A DNA stretch of 56,583 nt, filler included, from Catajapyx aquilonaris (lineage: Eukaryota), in NCBI GenBank assembly GCA_000934665.2. It is 2 parts of 2 records of this genome, joined end to end, with 100 filler letters (N's around TTAATTAATTAA, not from the genome) between each part and the next. Parts side by side here need not be neighbours in the genome. Positions count along the whole stretch, not along the records: positions 1 to 28,279 come from JYFJ02004953.1; 1 more part is not named here. One strand, written 5' to 3'. The notes below the pieces were generated by a model, which was not told the origin of the DNA, made no database searches, and worked only from the letters and a program-made list of their open reading frames with translations. The position numbers and the translations under genes were made by a program. Shown in pieces: positions 1-15,000 of the stretch; positions within the stretch are counted from its first letter, which is position 1; each line of letters starts with the position of its first letter.

Positions 1-3000
1 TGCACTTCACGACGGTGGGCATCTGTGTTCAAAATTTGGAAGCTCTACCTACAGCAGAACTTGAGTTAGGGCGAATAAAAAAAGCGTAACAACAAGATGT
101 TGAAGAAATTCATTGTTGAAATCTATGCTACGGTCTTACTAAGGGGCTATCGCCCATTAAATATTTACAGCATGTCTAGATACGAATTGTTCAAACTGTC
201 ACATTTCGAGGTTGAATCGCAAGAATTGAAATGTGTACAAACAACGCAATTGCTTTTGATCTTTGCCGCAATCTAAGTTTATATAGTGGATAAAAAGCTG
301 AGTACATTTGATGATTTCGTGTGCTTTCCAAGATTAATTTGTCTTTTTGTCAGGAAGTTACAAAAAAAAAAGATTCGTTTCAGATCGTATAAAGCAATCA
401 TTCTTATCTGTTGTTGAGAAAGGTCAGAAATATTTTACATGGTAACATGATAATGTCAGAAAGAGATTTATGAAGAGCATTACTGGCTACATGATTGGTT
501 GTCTGCAAAATCATCGCCGTTGTGAAACGAATAACCTTTTCTCTCATTGACAAGATGAATGGGGTTGAGTGTCACTTGACTCATATGTTACTTCGCAGAG
601 CTTTTGTGCGATTTATATAGATTGCGAAGTAGCGTGAGGTCTAATGATTTTACCAAAATACACCCGCGATCATTTATTTTGCAAGGGGGGGAAACTAATG
701 ATCATTGTAATGGCTGGATCCAGCTCAGTGTCAGAACAGTTTTCCATCCCAGATGATGTTCACCAATCACGCAAAAAACTCCTTGCTTCATATTGAATTT
801 AGTTGAGAAGTCACAGACCTTCTACAGGATTAAAAAGCGCAATTAGTCCTCCTTGCCATTAATTAAACTTGCCTGGTTTTTAGCAATCCTCATTATAGTG
901 TTATGCTTTTGTCACTTCCCACTTGAAGCACCCTCATTTGGCACGGACTTAAGCTCCTCTTTTTTTTGCATAATGTATGTCACGTATCCAATTTAAAATG
1001 ACGTTCCGCCTGGCTCGTTACCGGCGTAAACGATACCACCTTCTTTTCTCGCTTTCGCATCATGGTGTTTGGAATGGCTGATGGTAACGAACATTAGAAT
1101 TTCTTCATGCGTGAAGACTGAAACAGATTGATTTTTTTTTTCTCTCCTTGCTGCCAGGTCAGAACGTTCGAAGAAAATAAATCTTCTTACAACCACAGCC
1201 CTGGATTGCTTCTATATAGGCCGGCAGAAGTCCCATAGCAATTTTCCTTAAAAAATAATCAAGATTTTTTTTGTGTGTGCGAGATGATACATAATGCAAG
1301 GTTGAAGCAAGCCAAGGGCGAAATAAACCTGCGCCAAAATTACATGAAATCTGTACCTCGTTTTCTGCACATCTGGTGAGAGTAAATTCTTACTTGTATC
1401 GCCAAAGGAGTCGTTTGCGTCCAGATCATTAGCATAAGTAGAAAGATTAGCATTTAGACGCGAATAATTTACATGTTTAATGGACTATACGGGAAAAGAG
1501 TGGGGCTTAGCTGCTTTTAGCAGACGTACTTTTGGTACATGTTCGAGACCTGTGCCCTCAGTCCAATCGCATTCGTCAGGCGAAAGGCATGCCCGTAAAT
1601 AAGTTATCGATTGGATTGTTTCTGCTCCGAAGGCAGCATTACTCGCATAGAATTTAAAATGCGTGCAATTACCACTCCCTCGGTCGAATTCCAGCCAATT
1701 TCTGCCATGGGAAATTCCGGGGACCTCTTTTTTTATTTACTATTCGCACTCGAGATTCCGATGGGAAATTAAAATGATTGGTCCCCAACGCTTTTTTTTT
1801 GGGGGGGGGGGGTATTCCGTATGATTATTTCTACTTTTGCTATTAGCAGAAGGCCCTGATCGCACAATACATTGCATTGAACTAATTCGTCAATGTAGTG
1901 CACTCGGGCACAAAAATGTAGGTGAGGACACTGCTTCAACTGAGTGAACTTTGACATTTAAAAAAATATATGCGTTTGGCAATAAACTCCGGTACTTGCA
2001 TCGGGGTGGAAAAGTGAAAATGATTTAATTTTGTCGTCACGAGCGCACATTAAAAATCGCGGAAATTTTCTCTGCAAAGGCGACGATGCGGATTAAAAGC
2101 ATCAGTACGTGCCAGCTTTTTTTCTTCCCCTACCCATTCCTTCGTTCGAAAAAAGGGCAAAAAGGAAACTCAGGCATGAGGAGCAAGTGGACCAAAGTTG
2201 ATGGTCGCTGCATAGTCCCGGTGACAAAAAAAAAGAAAGAAGAGAGGACCGGATTCCAACGGGGCTATATGCCTCTCTCTATATGCCGCAGAGCTTCTCA
2301 TTTGAAATTCCGGTGCCCTTCTTTTTCCGGTTTCCAAGCGCGTCTGAGCTTCTTCGGAAAGCGTCGATCCGGGAAGGTGGGACCCACAGCCAAGCCAAGA
2401 GACAAGGGCTGTCGCCAGCTTCGAGAACACGTCCCATCGCACACAGACACACAGACCAAAAAGGTCCCCAAAAATATATATGAATATATCGCTTGGGAAG
2501 GATAAAGGACGACCTGATTCTTTTTTTCTGTCAGGACAGAATGAATTTTGGAAACGTTTATCATCAGTAAATGATGTGACCTATTTTTTGCCCGGAAATA
2601 TCAGTGTAATATTAGCGGCATGCTCATCAGAGAAGGAACCAAAAAGTCGTAATTTTTCCCTATTAATTTCCGCAATTTACTTCTGAGTGTGTCTCATTTC
2701 CGGCGTTAGCCAGCATGTTCTGCCGAGATTAAATTACTATAAAAAATGGCCTATTTCTGTCAGCATGGCTAGTCAGGATTCCTTCGAATTCCTAACATCT
2801 CCATACAGTGTCAGAAGTTTATGTTGGCCGAGTATAGGCGTATAGTATGAGATAACTCAATGAAAACAGGGCCCCACTTTTCTTTCCCACCCTGGTGTAC
2901 AGTGTGTGGTGCAGGTGTTTACAGTAACGGTACTTTACGCCTCCATCAGCTCAGTACGTTGTTCAACAAAGTGGCAATCTCTCTTCGAAAAGTGAAATAC

Positions 3001-6000
3001 GGCTTCCTGGCTTCTCTGTGTATACTTGAGCGACTGTTCCAATCAAAATGAGAAAACATCGTTATATGGTCTTGCACCCTTAAAACCCACTGCATAATAT
3101 TGCACTTATTTAATTTCCGGTGGATGTTTTGATCCTCAGCTCACTATAGCGAGGAACTCCCCAATATTAATGACAGGTAAAGAGATATACCAAAATGATC
3201 CTAGTTGAATTATTGCTGACATGAGCTATTATGTGGTGGGAAATGTCAAAATCGAAACGCGGACCATACATTGCACTTGCGAGGGCAGTGGCTCTTAGGA
3301 AATGTTATTTAACTCCGACCTGTACAGTTCCATTCACCGGGATGCATATCGCTTAGAAAGTTCTGGAAGTGGTATGAAAAAAAAACTTTGGTTCTCAAGG
3401 AAAAGGCCTAACTTAATAACAGCAGACTGTGCATTTTAAATTTTCACCCGCCGCCTCCGCCGTGCAACTGTCCGAAAAGTTTTCCAGGTAATCAATGGGA
3501 GTTGCATGGTGGTATAGTCGCAATAAACCCGAGTTCATTGTTCCATCGGCGACAACAGAAAAGGGATGCCATATACGAACGAAGGCAGGAAATGGAAGTT
3601 GAGTGAGGTCTACGAACTTCCCGAAGCAACTGGGTTATAATTCAATAGATTCGACTTGCGACGAATTCCCAGGTGGAATCGACCTGGAAACGTTTAGAGA
3701 GACTTTATTTCGTATAACAAGGTGAGCTAGAGCCAGAGACACAATTAATTCGGGACGACATCTCCAGTTGTGTCGCACTGTACTGCACAACACTTCGGAA
3801 ACTTTACACCTTGTCTCCTTCAGTTTATGCAAATCTGGCTGTTTTAGTATTCTGCCTTGGTGTGTCGAGTAATGCGCTTCTGTGCAGGGACATGAGTCCA
3901 AAAGCTTGCCAGATGACAGGTCCGTACACCGTTAGTAGGACAGCACCGGACATATTGATGGGTATCAAGGCATGTCAGCTTCCCAGGCGTCACAGCTGTC
4001 AATCTCTGAAAGCCTGAAAAGTCATCAGCCAGGTTCTATGTACAGGTGAACAACAATGGGGAAATTCAACTAAATATTTCCCCCCAAAAAATTGGGCATA
4101 CTTAGCGACGAAATTATTGACCGTGACCCTGTGATTGCAATGTGTTGTGGTGGTTTTTTTCAAGCTTGCTTTATAGTGGTGGTATACACACAGTGTACCC
4201 ACCTTTATCGATGAAGTCTCCCCTGCTGCTTTTCCCACCGAAAATAGGGAGGGAGAAAATGAAGGCCGTGCGAGAATCTTCGGGGAGGACCCCTGCACAG
4301 CTCCCCATTTTCTCCGTATCCCATTCTGGACCAAAATGAGTCTGGATCACTGCTGGAAAGCCCCCAACCAGAAGGAAAAAAGAAGACAGAGGGTGGTGTG
4401 GGGAGGATAGGAAAAAAATGCCTTTTCTTTGCTTCCCCCACACCCATATATATACCCACCGGTCATTGAACCTGGGTCCTCATTTATCCACCCATATCAC
4501 AATCTAAAGGCCCCCATTGATTTATAGGAAAAAAGGTTGTCCTGCTGCCATCTTACGGTGACATTGCTTCAAACGCGGCATTGTGTGACCCCCGCCAGTC
4601 ACGAGGTCACGATTTCTCACTTTATAATCCACGCTAATAAGGGGGGTCGTGCATATAAGAAGAGGAAAAGGTCTTGGGTTGTTTTTTTTATATAGTTTGG
4701 GTGACCTGAAAGCTGCCGACAAAAATATTTTTATGGGACTATGGCCACACGACTATCGATTTGGGTTGTAAAATATGTATATTCAAATACCGCAGATTCT
4801 AATAATGAATTTTTTGGTTTGGACATTTTGCTACACATCGCGAGGAATTACGTTTCGTCGGTGTTTGGGTTTTAGTCAACTCCGGACGTTAATGATGTGA
4901 CAGGTAAAAAAATACATTGGGACTTACAAATCAAGCTCGCGTTTGGGGGCTGACAATTTGTCTGTTCAGCACACTGCAAATAAGCCAGTTAGGTACGCAC
5001 AGACCGGTCTATTTAATGTTTGGTTGACTGTGCAGTACAACGTATTGCTCTAACCTAATAGTGGAACAGAATTTTGGGTTGTTTCATCTACTCATGCTGC
5101 AGCTGGAAAACACCCCCTAGAAAATATTTGGCGGCACAATGCCCGCATTTCACATACTTTGTGGGTAACCACTGGTGTTGGTGCGACCATTTCATATTTT
5201 GTACTGTTCCATTAGTGCTGCAACATGGCTTTGGCATTGTTCATGCCTGTATTCTCTGTATATGTTTGTTTTTGCATCCGAAAAATGCATTTGGACTCTG
5301 TGCTATTTCTCTTTCAGCTCACGGTCATGATTTTTGTTTGAAGTGTCTACGAGTGCGGAAAAAAAATCTGTATTGGCACAATTATTAATAGTATAAACAA
5401 TTCGTAACTTCTTCCCTGCGGAAATCTGTGGAAATATATTTTCTCGGAACGTTTTCTGCCTGGGACATGTGAATCACAGACCAATCGGAATGCAATTTTG
5501 CTTTCGTGCATTTTCTCGTGTACAGTATCTGGACTCTTTAATGTGCACAGTGAACCACACCCCCTTTGTGAAGATCGGTTCGACAATTCAAAGATATAGG
5601 AAACCAGGATGGAATTTTTATGCCATCGCCTCAACACTATATTTTTCTTCATGCTGAACTGAAATGGAGGTGTCAGGACCATCTGCTGGACCGTGTGATT
5701 ACGGACGCGTAAAAGTTGACATAAAGGTCGCGTCACGACCAGATAAAAGGAAAAGGTGGGCTGGGTTTTTAAAGAGAGGGGTGCCGGAGGTATATAATTC
5801 CAGTCGAGTTGGTAGCATGGCGTGGCAAGCAAAGGTAGTCAAGGTACGCTGATGGGAAGGAAAAGAGAAAGGTGAAGGGCATCCAGCACATCTGCTGCTC
5901 TCTTGCTCAACCCCAGCAGGCAGTAGTCGTTATCCGGACCTTCCCAAGTGAGGGTCCACCATTTCGTTTCGTCTCAAGTGCACAGGAGATACACAAGTTT

Positions 6001-9000
6001 ATTTCGGTTAGGCAGCTGCTTCAGTGAAAAGTGGCCCCGTGGACTATTTTCTTTCCGATTTAACAGTATATAGTAACCAACAATTGCGCTGCCATGATTT
6101 TTAGCTGCAGGAGTAGGATATTAGGTTCATAACCGTGGTCGTGAAAATATATGGGGTAAAAGCAGAGGGGGAGGGACGTTGCTATTATTTGAGCGATAAA
6201 ATTTGCGGTTATTGCAGTGCATTTAGGGGGCGACATTTTCTATTTTTACGACAACGGAAGTTGTCGTGCTGGTGGCAGTTCAGACAGAAATTGTTCCGTT
6301 TAGACCCCCCCTGCATTCAGGTACTACAGGGGAGGGGGAGATAGGGATGGGAACCGTGTAACCATTATGGAATTTTCATTGTCCGAGACGCTCCATATGA
6401 CACGCATTGTGTTCTCGTAACAATTTTGATATTTGGGCATCCCCCCCCCCTCCTTTCCAGAGGATGCGGAGTTTTTGAGGGAATCCAAGTGCGAAATGAG
6501 GCCAAAAGATAGTAATGAGTGTCTTTTTAAATACAGTCCTGTTAGTTACACTTGAACTATCCCGGACATCTGTTGTCTGACTTGTAAAACGGAATATGCT
6601 GCTAAATTGTGGATGCAACATTTGCGGTTATGTCAACTGCGATTATGCATTTTGGTTATGGAAATTTAAATTGAATTTACGCGCATTTGTTTTTAAATGA
6701 TTTGCTACCCTTATAAATTTCTGCCATCCATATAGTAATTACGGCCTTCCAGTACAATGTAAATTGACCTTTCCCATCGCTGGAATATCAGCGCAACTTT
6801 TTTTTTTTCGGTCCGGCCCCCCTGATGATTGGAATCGAGTGTAATTGGCGGTAATGAGTCTGCGGAAACTCTTGAATACCTGAGCCAGCAAAAAAACAAC
6901 AACAACAGTGGACCAGTGTTCCGCACGAGGGGTGAATTGGTGGTTTATTCCCCTCGGCCATTTTCTCAAGGTCCTTTTTCGCTGGAAGGCCCCTCTAAGC
7001 ACAATCTGAAAACAGAGACTTTGAAGCCCGGTACACCTTTTGTGAGGTTGTACCTGTTGCACGGACGGAGGGAAACGAAGCTTGTATCCTGTGGCCAGAG
7101 GTTCTCTATGTGTATGCTGTCGCCATGGCGATGGCTGGATGATTGCCCTGGGCAAGCCTGTGTGATCATGAGGACTGGCTGGCTGCTTATCCGAAGAAAA
7201 TCGAGTGAAGGGGGCGCGAGGGGGCCATCAGTGATGTAGCCTATGGGTTATTTCCACGTACCATGTCAGGGGATATTGCTCTGCAAACTTCCGCCCCTGC
7301 GACTAGCAAGAACGAAAAGTACTACAGACACCTTGTGGCAGGTAGGTCTCGTCAACGAGAAAGGGTTATTGGCTCGATATGGCGTGTGTATGCTGTACTG
7401 TATATATAGCATCGGTGTGTTGGGGGAGACCCGATAGTGCCAGCCTGTTTGCTTTGTGTCGGGGAGGCTTTTAACAATGGAGCCCGCGATCGTTGCTCCT
7501 GTTTTTGCGATGATGCGGATAATGATCATTAGGTGCATGATAGCACATAGCCGGCTACCCATATCTAAAGGGAGAGTTCATTAAATGCAGGGTTTTTGCG
7601 TCGTGTGTTAGCCACTGGTTGCTGTCGAAAACTGAAGAAGAACACAAAACTATAGTTGCAAAGCAAGACGATATTCACAGAGCAAAGAGATTTATTTCTT
7701 TGTATTTTCAGACAATATCTCATTATGCACTAGTGTACATAGTTCGATGGAATGAGACGAAAATGCGACGGGCCTTTTCATACAGTCTAGACCTGCCTGT
7801 AATGAACCCTGAATTCAGAGGAAACTTGCCCATTACGAAATGTTTGGTTTGGTCTAGGAGGATTTTTCATAAATTATCGCTCATAATGAGAGCCTGTTCA
7901 AGATTTTTTTTTGTGGAACATGGACTCAACTATACAGGAAAGGTCTACTGTAGTTGTCGACAATATACTGGGGTACTCTGGGCCGTACTTTGCTCAATGG
8001 CCCTACAGTAAAACATACAGTATATGGTAGTACGTACCCAAACGCATTCTATAGGGCCGTAATTATAGCGAACGGAACAATAGCACGTATCCTTGGGGCA
8101 CAGTTTGTCTTTATAATAGCCTACTAAAGTAATCCATTTCGTTTCAGCATTTTATTACGCACCTCAAATAAACATGTGTTTGGTATACAGTGTGCCTGAT
8201 ATTATTGCGGTCTCTACTTTCCATATCACGTTACCGCCAAACGCAATCCAGTCAGTTGCGTAGTAAACAATAGCTATTAATATGTGGGCCAAATGCACCC
8301 ACAATTATTAACTGGCTGGCGCACAATGACCCGTGAAACACCCATAATTTCATGTCTATTATATTATGCTGTGTGCAATATTCTCTAGAGATGTCACACC
8401 GGATAGTTCCATTTTCGACGACTTGTGGCCGTGATGAATGAAGTTCCCTTGAACTAGTCGCGGAATGCTCCCCGCAGTTATCCTTGAGATGAGTGGGCGT
8501 TATGTCACTTCTCCCGGTGGCCTTTATCTCCGAAGGGCAACAGCCGTCTCTTGATGTCGTTCACCTGACTCTCCCAAAGGAAACTTTTGCGTGTAAGATT
8601 GGGACCCCCCCTAAATTAGGCTCGTTTTTCCTCCCAGATGCGGTCGTCCCAGACTTTATCCTGTTGGAATGAATTAGGCGATTTATAGCACAACATTATT
8701 CGTCCCCCTCCTTGTGTTGCAGAAAGAGCGCTTGCGTAATGCGATGTAATCGTCTATACTCCCCAGCTCCGGAAAGAACCGTAGGTAATATCCTGCTGGC
8801 TCAGAATCAGTCCTGTAATCAGAGTGTTTGCTGAGAGAGCTGAGATGTGCAATAAGCCCCTTATGAGGACGTTTGTTGTGCCAGGAGAATTAGCCATAAT
8901 TACACACTTTTCGGCGGAATCGGAAGGGCGTTTTCGGGGCCAAATCTGCAACAGTGGGAGAGGGGGAACTAAATCAGCGAAGAGCATTTTCCTTTACCCG

Positions 9001-12000
9001 GGGTTGAATTATGAGGGTTAATCCCCGGAGCTGCCTGGCCTGGGTTTGCAGAGGCAGCCATTCTGCTCTTTCCATCTCGGTCGTGGCACGCGGCGCTAGT
9101 TCCGCTCCCCAATTAAGATCAAGAGATGATCGGAGCTCATTAACGGAAAAGTAGTTGGCACCATTGTGCAGTGTTTTCAGATCCATGAAAATCCCGTCGG
9201 AGGAGAGCCCGAGCAGAAAACCTGTCCGGATTAAGCCAGTGGAGTTGAGTAATGCAATTAGAGGTAAAGAAGTAGAACAATGGACACCGTGTGCATGGGT
9301 TTTAAAATGAAACAAAAAAAAATCGCATATCTTTTTCTTTATGGCTCCAAATTAGGAAACTTGTTTGTAAGATCTGACAGGAGGAAATCTATAAAATGTA
9401 TGATTTCCCTAATCTGTATCGTTCACTCAGGAATTTTCAGGTGCTGCCAACCTTCATTGAAAGTACCTTTACTGTGAGATTTTCATGTTAATTGTGACTT
9501 CCTGCTGGATGAATGAGAAGGTCGTCATATTCCCAATTTTTCGGTGCATTGTTTCCTCTCCTGCGTCTAAAACTTTCAGGAAATCTGGCTCTGAATACAT
9601 TCATGCAGCGAATTACAGTAGTCTACTGAACTTATGACTCTTATGAATAGAAAACGGACACCTCAAAATTTTGGCGAATTATTATAACTTTTACTTTTGT
9701 CCAGTTCTTTACAGTTCACACGTAAACCTTGCTTCTATATAGCCCAAAACCACACTGGTAATTAATTACAGTGCTCTGGTTAGAACCGAGTTCGAAAGCG
9801 AAAGTTCGTAACATTCGAACTATATAACCGCGGGAGTATTCAAAGCACGTTAATTATAATGGCGAACAATGCACAACATCACCGAAGGATTAGAAAGTAA
9901 TGCAAGGCATGTAACCGGAATCGTGCACCAGAACATTGTCTCATTTCAATAGGTATATCTTATGACCTTTTTCAACGCATTGTTCCATTAATAAGTACCT
10001 TCTCAGTATTGTCGCGATGTCCGTCATAAAGATAAGTGCCCTTCTTCCCTACTACAAATTTTTTTATTATTGCGACCACGCTCCAACATCAATGCCACTT
10101 GTAAAAAAAACAAGGTTTATAGTTTCTCTCTCCCCAGCTTTATAGTCGCCCATCATACCCGGTTGAAATGCACGTTTTCTTCTGCCTTGATTCTAAACAA
10201 GAGATTGTTAAAGTGGACGTGTCAGCATCCGTGGTCGAAACTCTTAGCTCTGCACAAAAGTTAAGATGGTAACGTTTTTGCGCCGAAAAAAGACTTGGGG
10301 GCCCAAAGTTTTCCGTCGTGACTGCTGAAGGCACGGTCGTGATTATAGGTTACCTTTCCCAGATTACTCCAGCACACCTTTACTTCCAGCACGGGGCTCC
10401 GATTCTTTTGTTTCTGCACCCCTCCTTGTGGCTGCCTAGAACTATTCTCTTCCTGTCCAAGGTGAACGTCATGGAAGATTAGTTGGGGGCTAGTTTTTCT
10501 TTTTCTTTTTCTTACACTTCTTTTTTTTGGTACCTGCTGTCACTCGACAACTTTCAACAGTGGGAAACGTCGACAGAGCTAGGTCTCATTTATTCAGGTT
10601 CAGTTGGCTGCGATGGGTGTGAATTGAATTAGTGAATTTTATTTTCAGCTTAGTGGGATGGAAACGTCAAACTCACGGCGAAACCCGGTGAATAATCGCC
10701 CATTTTCGGTTGTTCTTTTAGCTCAGAAAAAGAAAACGGGGAGACGTTAATAGCGAGAACACCTGTAAGAGGAAAGGGGCAGCGTGATTTACGCAACTTA
10801 GCTGTTAAAGTTGGCAATAAAAAAAAAGAGTAAGCGGAAAAGGGAAGTGCAGCGGTCAGAATCCGGCAGCAAAAAGACGTCGTCCTTGCATGGTCTTGAA
10901 GGTATATCATCGAAAACTGTGCAAAGGTTTTTTTCTCTTCCTTCGAATCTATCACGCTCGTGCTCTTTTCGCGGGATGGAATTATACATAATAGAGCAGG
11001 AAAAAAGACAAAAGATGTCAAGGAGTGAACCATGATGAAAGTTGCATTCAGGTGGGTGCCTCCAAAATGGAAGCGCATTTACAGGAAAAAAAACTGTCAC
11101 GCTTCTGACAAAACACTGCAAATTTTTTTTCTCCTTCACTTTCCGTCTAATGGCTCAGGGACTGACGCCGCTTTCATTCCTTGTAGCTTTCTTGAAGACA
11201 ATGACAAAAGTGATTTCTGTCGACTCCCAGCTCCTTTTTTTTCTAGTCTTTCTTCTTCAAACTCTCTCGCCTGCTTCTCCCCGTGAAAACCTTCACACAA
11301 ACCGGATTGTGGAAAAGCCCCACTGTATTGCACCCGGTGCGCGCAAAGATCCGCATTGCAGAAATCCAAGATATTGCATCACATTAGCTTTGAGTTTCTG
11401 CTCTCTCAACGGTAGCAACTTCCCTCCCAAGTTTTGGTATAGCAATGATCAAAGAGAGCTGAGCTTGGAATCTTGCGAAGCCTGTACAATATGGGGATTA
11501 TTGGCGGGGATTCGAGTTTGAGACGCTGAGATCTTGCGATTCCTTCGGCAAAGTCTCGAGCACAGTTGTGTTTCATTCCTTGCTTGGCAAGGGCTGGCGA
11601 TTATGGATGCTAAAATGAACTTTGGAATCAAATTATACGGAGGGAACAAGGAAATGCTGTGCTTTAAAAGGACTCAAAAAAGTTCGATCATGTGAAATGT
11701 AGGGCGATTGGGATGGCCTGATTCTGCCCCCCCCCCCNNNNNNNNAAAAAAAAAAAAAATCAGAGATGGGTGAAAGGGGAGGATGGCAAAAATTGTGACA
11801 GTTTGACAAGGCGTGCTTGGCAAGCGTAACTAAATGACGGCCCACACTGTTCCTCCTTCATTGGGTGGATCCTTTTACCGGTTTTTTCGCCCCCAGCCAT
11901 GCCTGTTGCACTGTGTTCAGTGTTCCGACAAAGCCCAGGCAGACGTTATGCAAAATTACCACGAAAAGCTTTAGATTGTCGTCGTAAATGCGGAGTAAGG

Positions 12001-15000
12001 ATCCCTCCCAAAAAATTGCAAATGTGGAATCAAGGAAAATTTGCTACTGCAAGTATGGCGAAAAAAGAAACATCTCTTGAACCATATGAGGACTGTTACT
12101 TGCATAGAAACACTCATTTTCAGCCCGGTTTGTAGTTGCAAGCTTCTAATTTCCAGTCCCAGATAACATTTTGGAGACCTCAAATATTCGGATTACGTAT
12201 TCCTCCGCTTATTTGTTGCAAGAGCACAAAATGCGCGTTGTTTCTAGCATGCAAAAGGCAACCAGAAAACCAGATAAAAGTGAGTGGAATTTTTGCCGAA
12301 TATTACTGGTGGAAACATTTTGTGGAGCTGACCTATAGAGAGAAAAAAAGGAAGTCTTGGCGTCTCCGTTTTAAAAACAATTTTACGAATTCCTGTCTGC
12401 TTCCTTTCCCTCCCCACATCCCCCCCCCCCTCTATTCTGCTGGAGGATTCATCCTAAAACGCCCGTCGAATTTCTTAGGAAGCTGTTTCGAGGCGTGAGG
12501 TGCACGCCATGTTGCGTGTCTCTAATAGGGGACTTTTTTCTCTCGGTGTATTATAGAGTATGTCCCAGGCCCCGTTTGCTGCCTCTGCTGCGCCAAACCT
12601 AAATCAAAGGCCTCTCGAATAGCTCGTGGACTAATTATAACATTCTTGAATATGTCAAGGGGAGAGTTACGGATGTGTGAGGTATGCGGAGGGAACATAA
12701 ATTACCCCCCACAAACAGGTTGAGATACTGGCAACAGGTTTTATGATTCGAACGTGGCGCAAACAATTCGTATAGAGAGAAAAAGAACGTTGTAATATTA
12801 TCATTTGTATACAATGTAACCAATAGAGAAAATATGAATGCTATTGGACCGTATGTTGCAGCGATTTTGAATTATTTTTAGCGCTAATACGTGCCATATA
12901 ATAATAACAGCAACCATAAAAATTAATGGCCTGGCTTATCGCTTGCCTCAATTAAAATTCCTGAATTATAAGCCGTGCCCGAGCGATTCAGTCCGTAATT
13001 ACAATCAATTGTAATATTCATTCGGCAACGTTGCTTTTATTTCGCCCCCCCCCCCCCAGCTCGATTAGAATGGATGGCAATTTTCTACATGTAAATCTAT
13101 ACGCCATTATAGTTGCAGTAAAATGGGCGTATTGTTTGCTCGCTGTACATGACACATGAGTTAGCCAATTTCCTGTTATTGTAAACCGGATTTATTTGCA
13201 CAACAGCAGAGAGCCACCGAATTTTGATTTTTAATATGCAGGTTGTATAGGAACGCTCTCACATGATTTGTTGTTATCTGCGGTTCGATAAATAATATTA
13301 TAGGCGTCCCACCCAGTCTGTTGCAGGTGTGGGGCATTGTAACACATCTGGTAGTAAAAGAGACTGAGGGAATATTACTGTAAGAATGGCGAGTTAAAAT
13401 ATGCATCGAGGAAGCCGCTATATAGTGGACATGGGTCTGAAGGTGCGAAGGTTGTCAGGAATGTCGGATGCTGCGAGCGTTGATTGACCCCTTCCTCCCA
13501 GGGACAGGACAGCACCATGGAAGACCTGTCCATTCTGACAATGATTGATTCGGACGCTGCTGCTGCCTCCTCTTTTTTTTCATCTTCTCTCTCCGGCGAT
13601 TCCATTTTCCAATCTCGCCCACGCTTTTTTTCTATTTTCTTTTGTAATTTGCTACCGTCCTGATTGGTGGATTACTCCAGCATATATAACACTCTTCAAG
13701 TTCCTAGATCCTGTGCCAAATAGTGTTGTAGAGAACTGTAAAGCTCAGAGCGTATAGGTACAAGTGGCAGTTAATTACCGCCCGGTTGACAACGATCGAG
13801 TCTTTCGCGCTTTTATTTATTGAACACGATGCTACTGGAAAGGCGTGTGCTTTATTGCCACCAATAGAACCAGTCCAGCAAGCAGAGTACGCCCATATTT
13901 TATGACCGGCTAAATATGGGGGGAAAAGGGAGGAAAATCGCAGCTACATCCATATGCGCACATTGCGTCGAATTAATTTTGAATGCCTTTCACACACGCA
14001 TGGGAATTCTCGTCAAATGTCTTTCAGATACCTGGACCAGCCTTTCCTTGTGTTTGTAAACAAACCTTTCCCTTCCTCATTCGCTTGAACGTCCAGCCGT
14101 CTTTTCCATTTCTTTTCCTGGAGCCATAAAAATGTATGATCCGAATTTTGGACCCATCCATCATCAAGGACTTACGTGAGCTGTACAACTCCCAAAAAAA
14201 GATGGATGCCCTCGAAGTTAGGGGGGTCTGGGGTGATTCAATTATGCTGGGCGACTTGCATCGTTCTTGGGGGAACAGTAATTGATATTTATGAGTGGGT
14301 CCCCTTCTAGAAAAGTACAATCCACCTGATGCTCCCAAGGAAGACCTCTTGGGTCTAGTTGGGGGCGGTGCGTCAGTCGTCATTAAGGGAGACCCCCACG
14401 ATGCCAAGCAGTTAGGTGGAAGTGACGCTGTCTGATGTCGTGCATTTGTCTCCCATTTCAGTGCACTCTGTGACACTGGATGTTGGAGTCAGGCCAGCAT
14501 GCTTTGCTTTTCTGGCCGCCTTTTTTTTTTACAACCAGCCCTGATGATGTTGTGTGTGAAATTCATTCTGGCTGCTTTGCAATTCAAAGGTGGTATGATT
14601 TTTTTGTGTGGGAGGGCCCCTGTGAAGCCGAGGCTTGCATTTACATGACGACCAAGCAATTGACACGAGAAGTAGTGGCGGAAATATAGTGTTGGACAGC
14701 TTGCTTTCCATAATCCAAACCGGTGTAATTTCCTCTGCTGCCCTTTAGTGGGCAGTTCATTTTGTTTTCAAGATGACGAGTGTGGTTTACAAAAAGTGGC
14801 GCGCATTAAATTTGCATTGTTTTGCATTACTCTTGAAAGGAGGTGGTCTGGGTTACACACTGATTTACTTACAGCTATTGGGTGGTGGCTGTATAAACTT
14901 GTATATGACTGGCGTGCAGTCCACAAACGCAAACAGTCCAGTTTGGCAAATAACTTACATAATTTAGTTCATGCCCTGTGTTTTACTTGCAACTTTATAA

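Noticed and set aside
11728..11760. Poly-C / N8 / poly-A junction
   Set aside because: Sequencing gap at homopolymers, not a biological feature.
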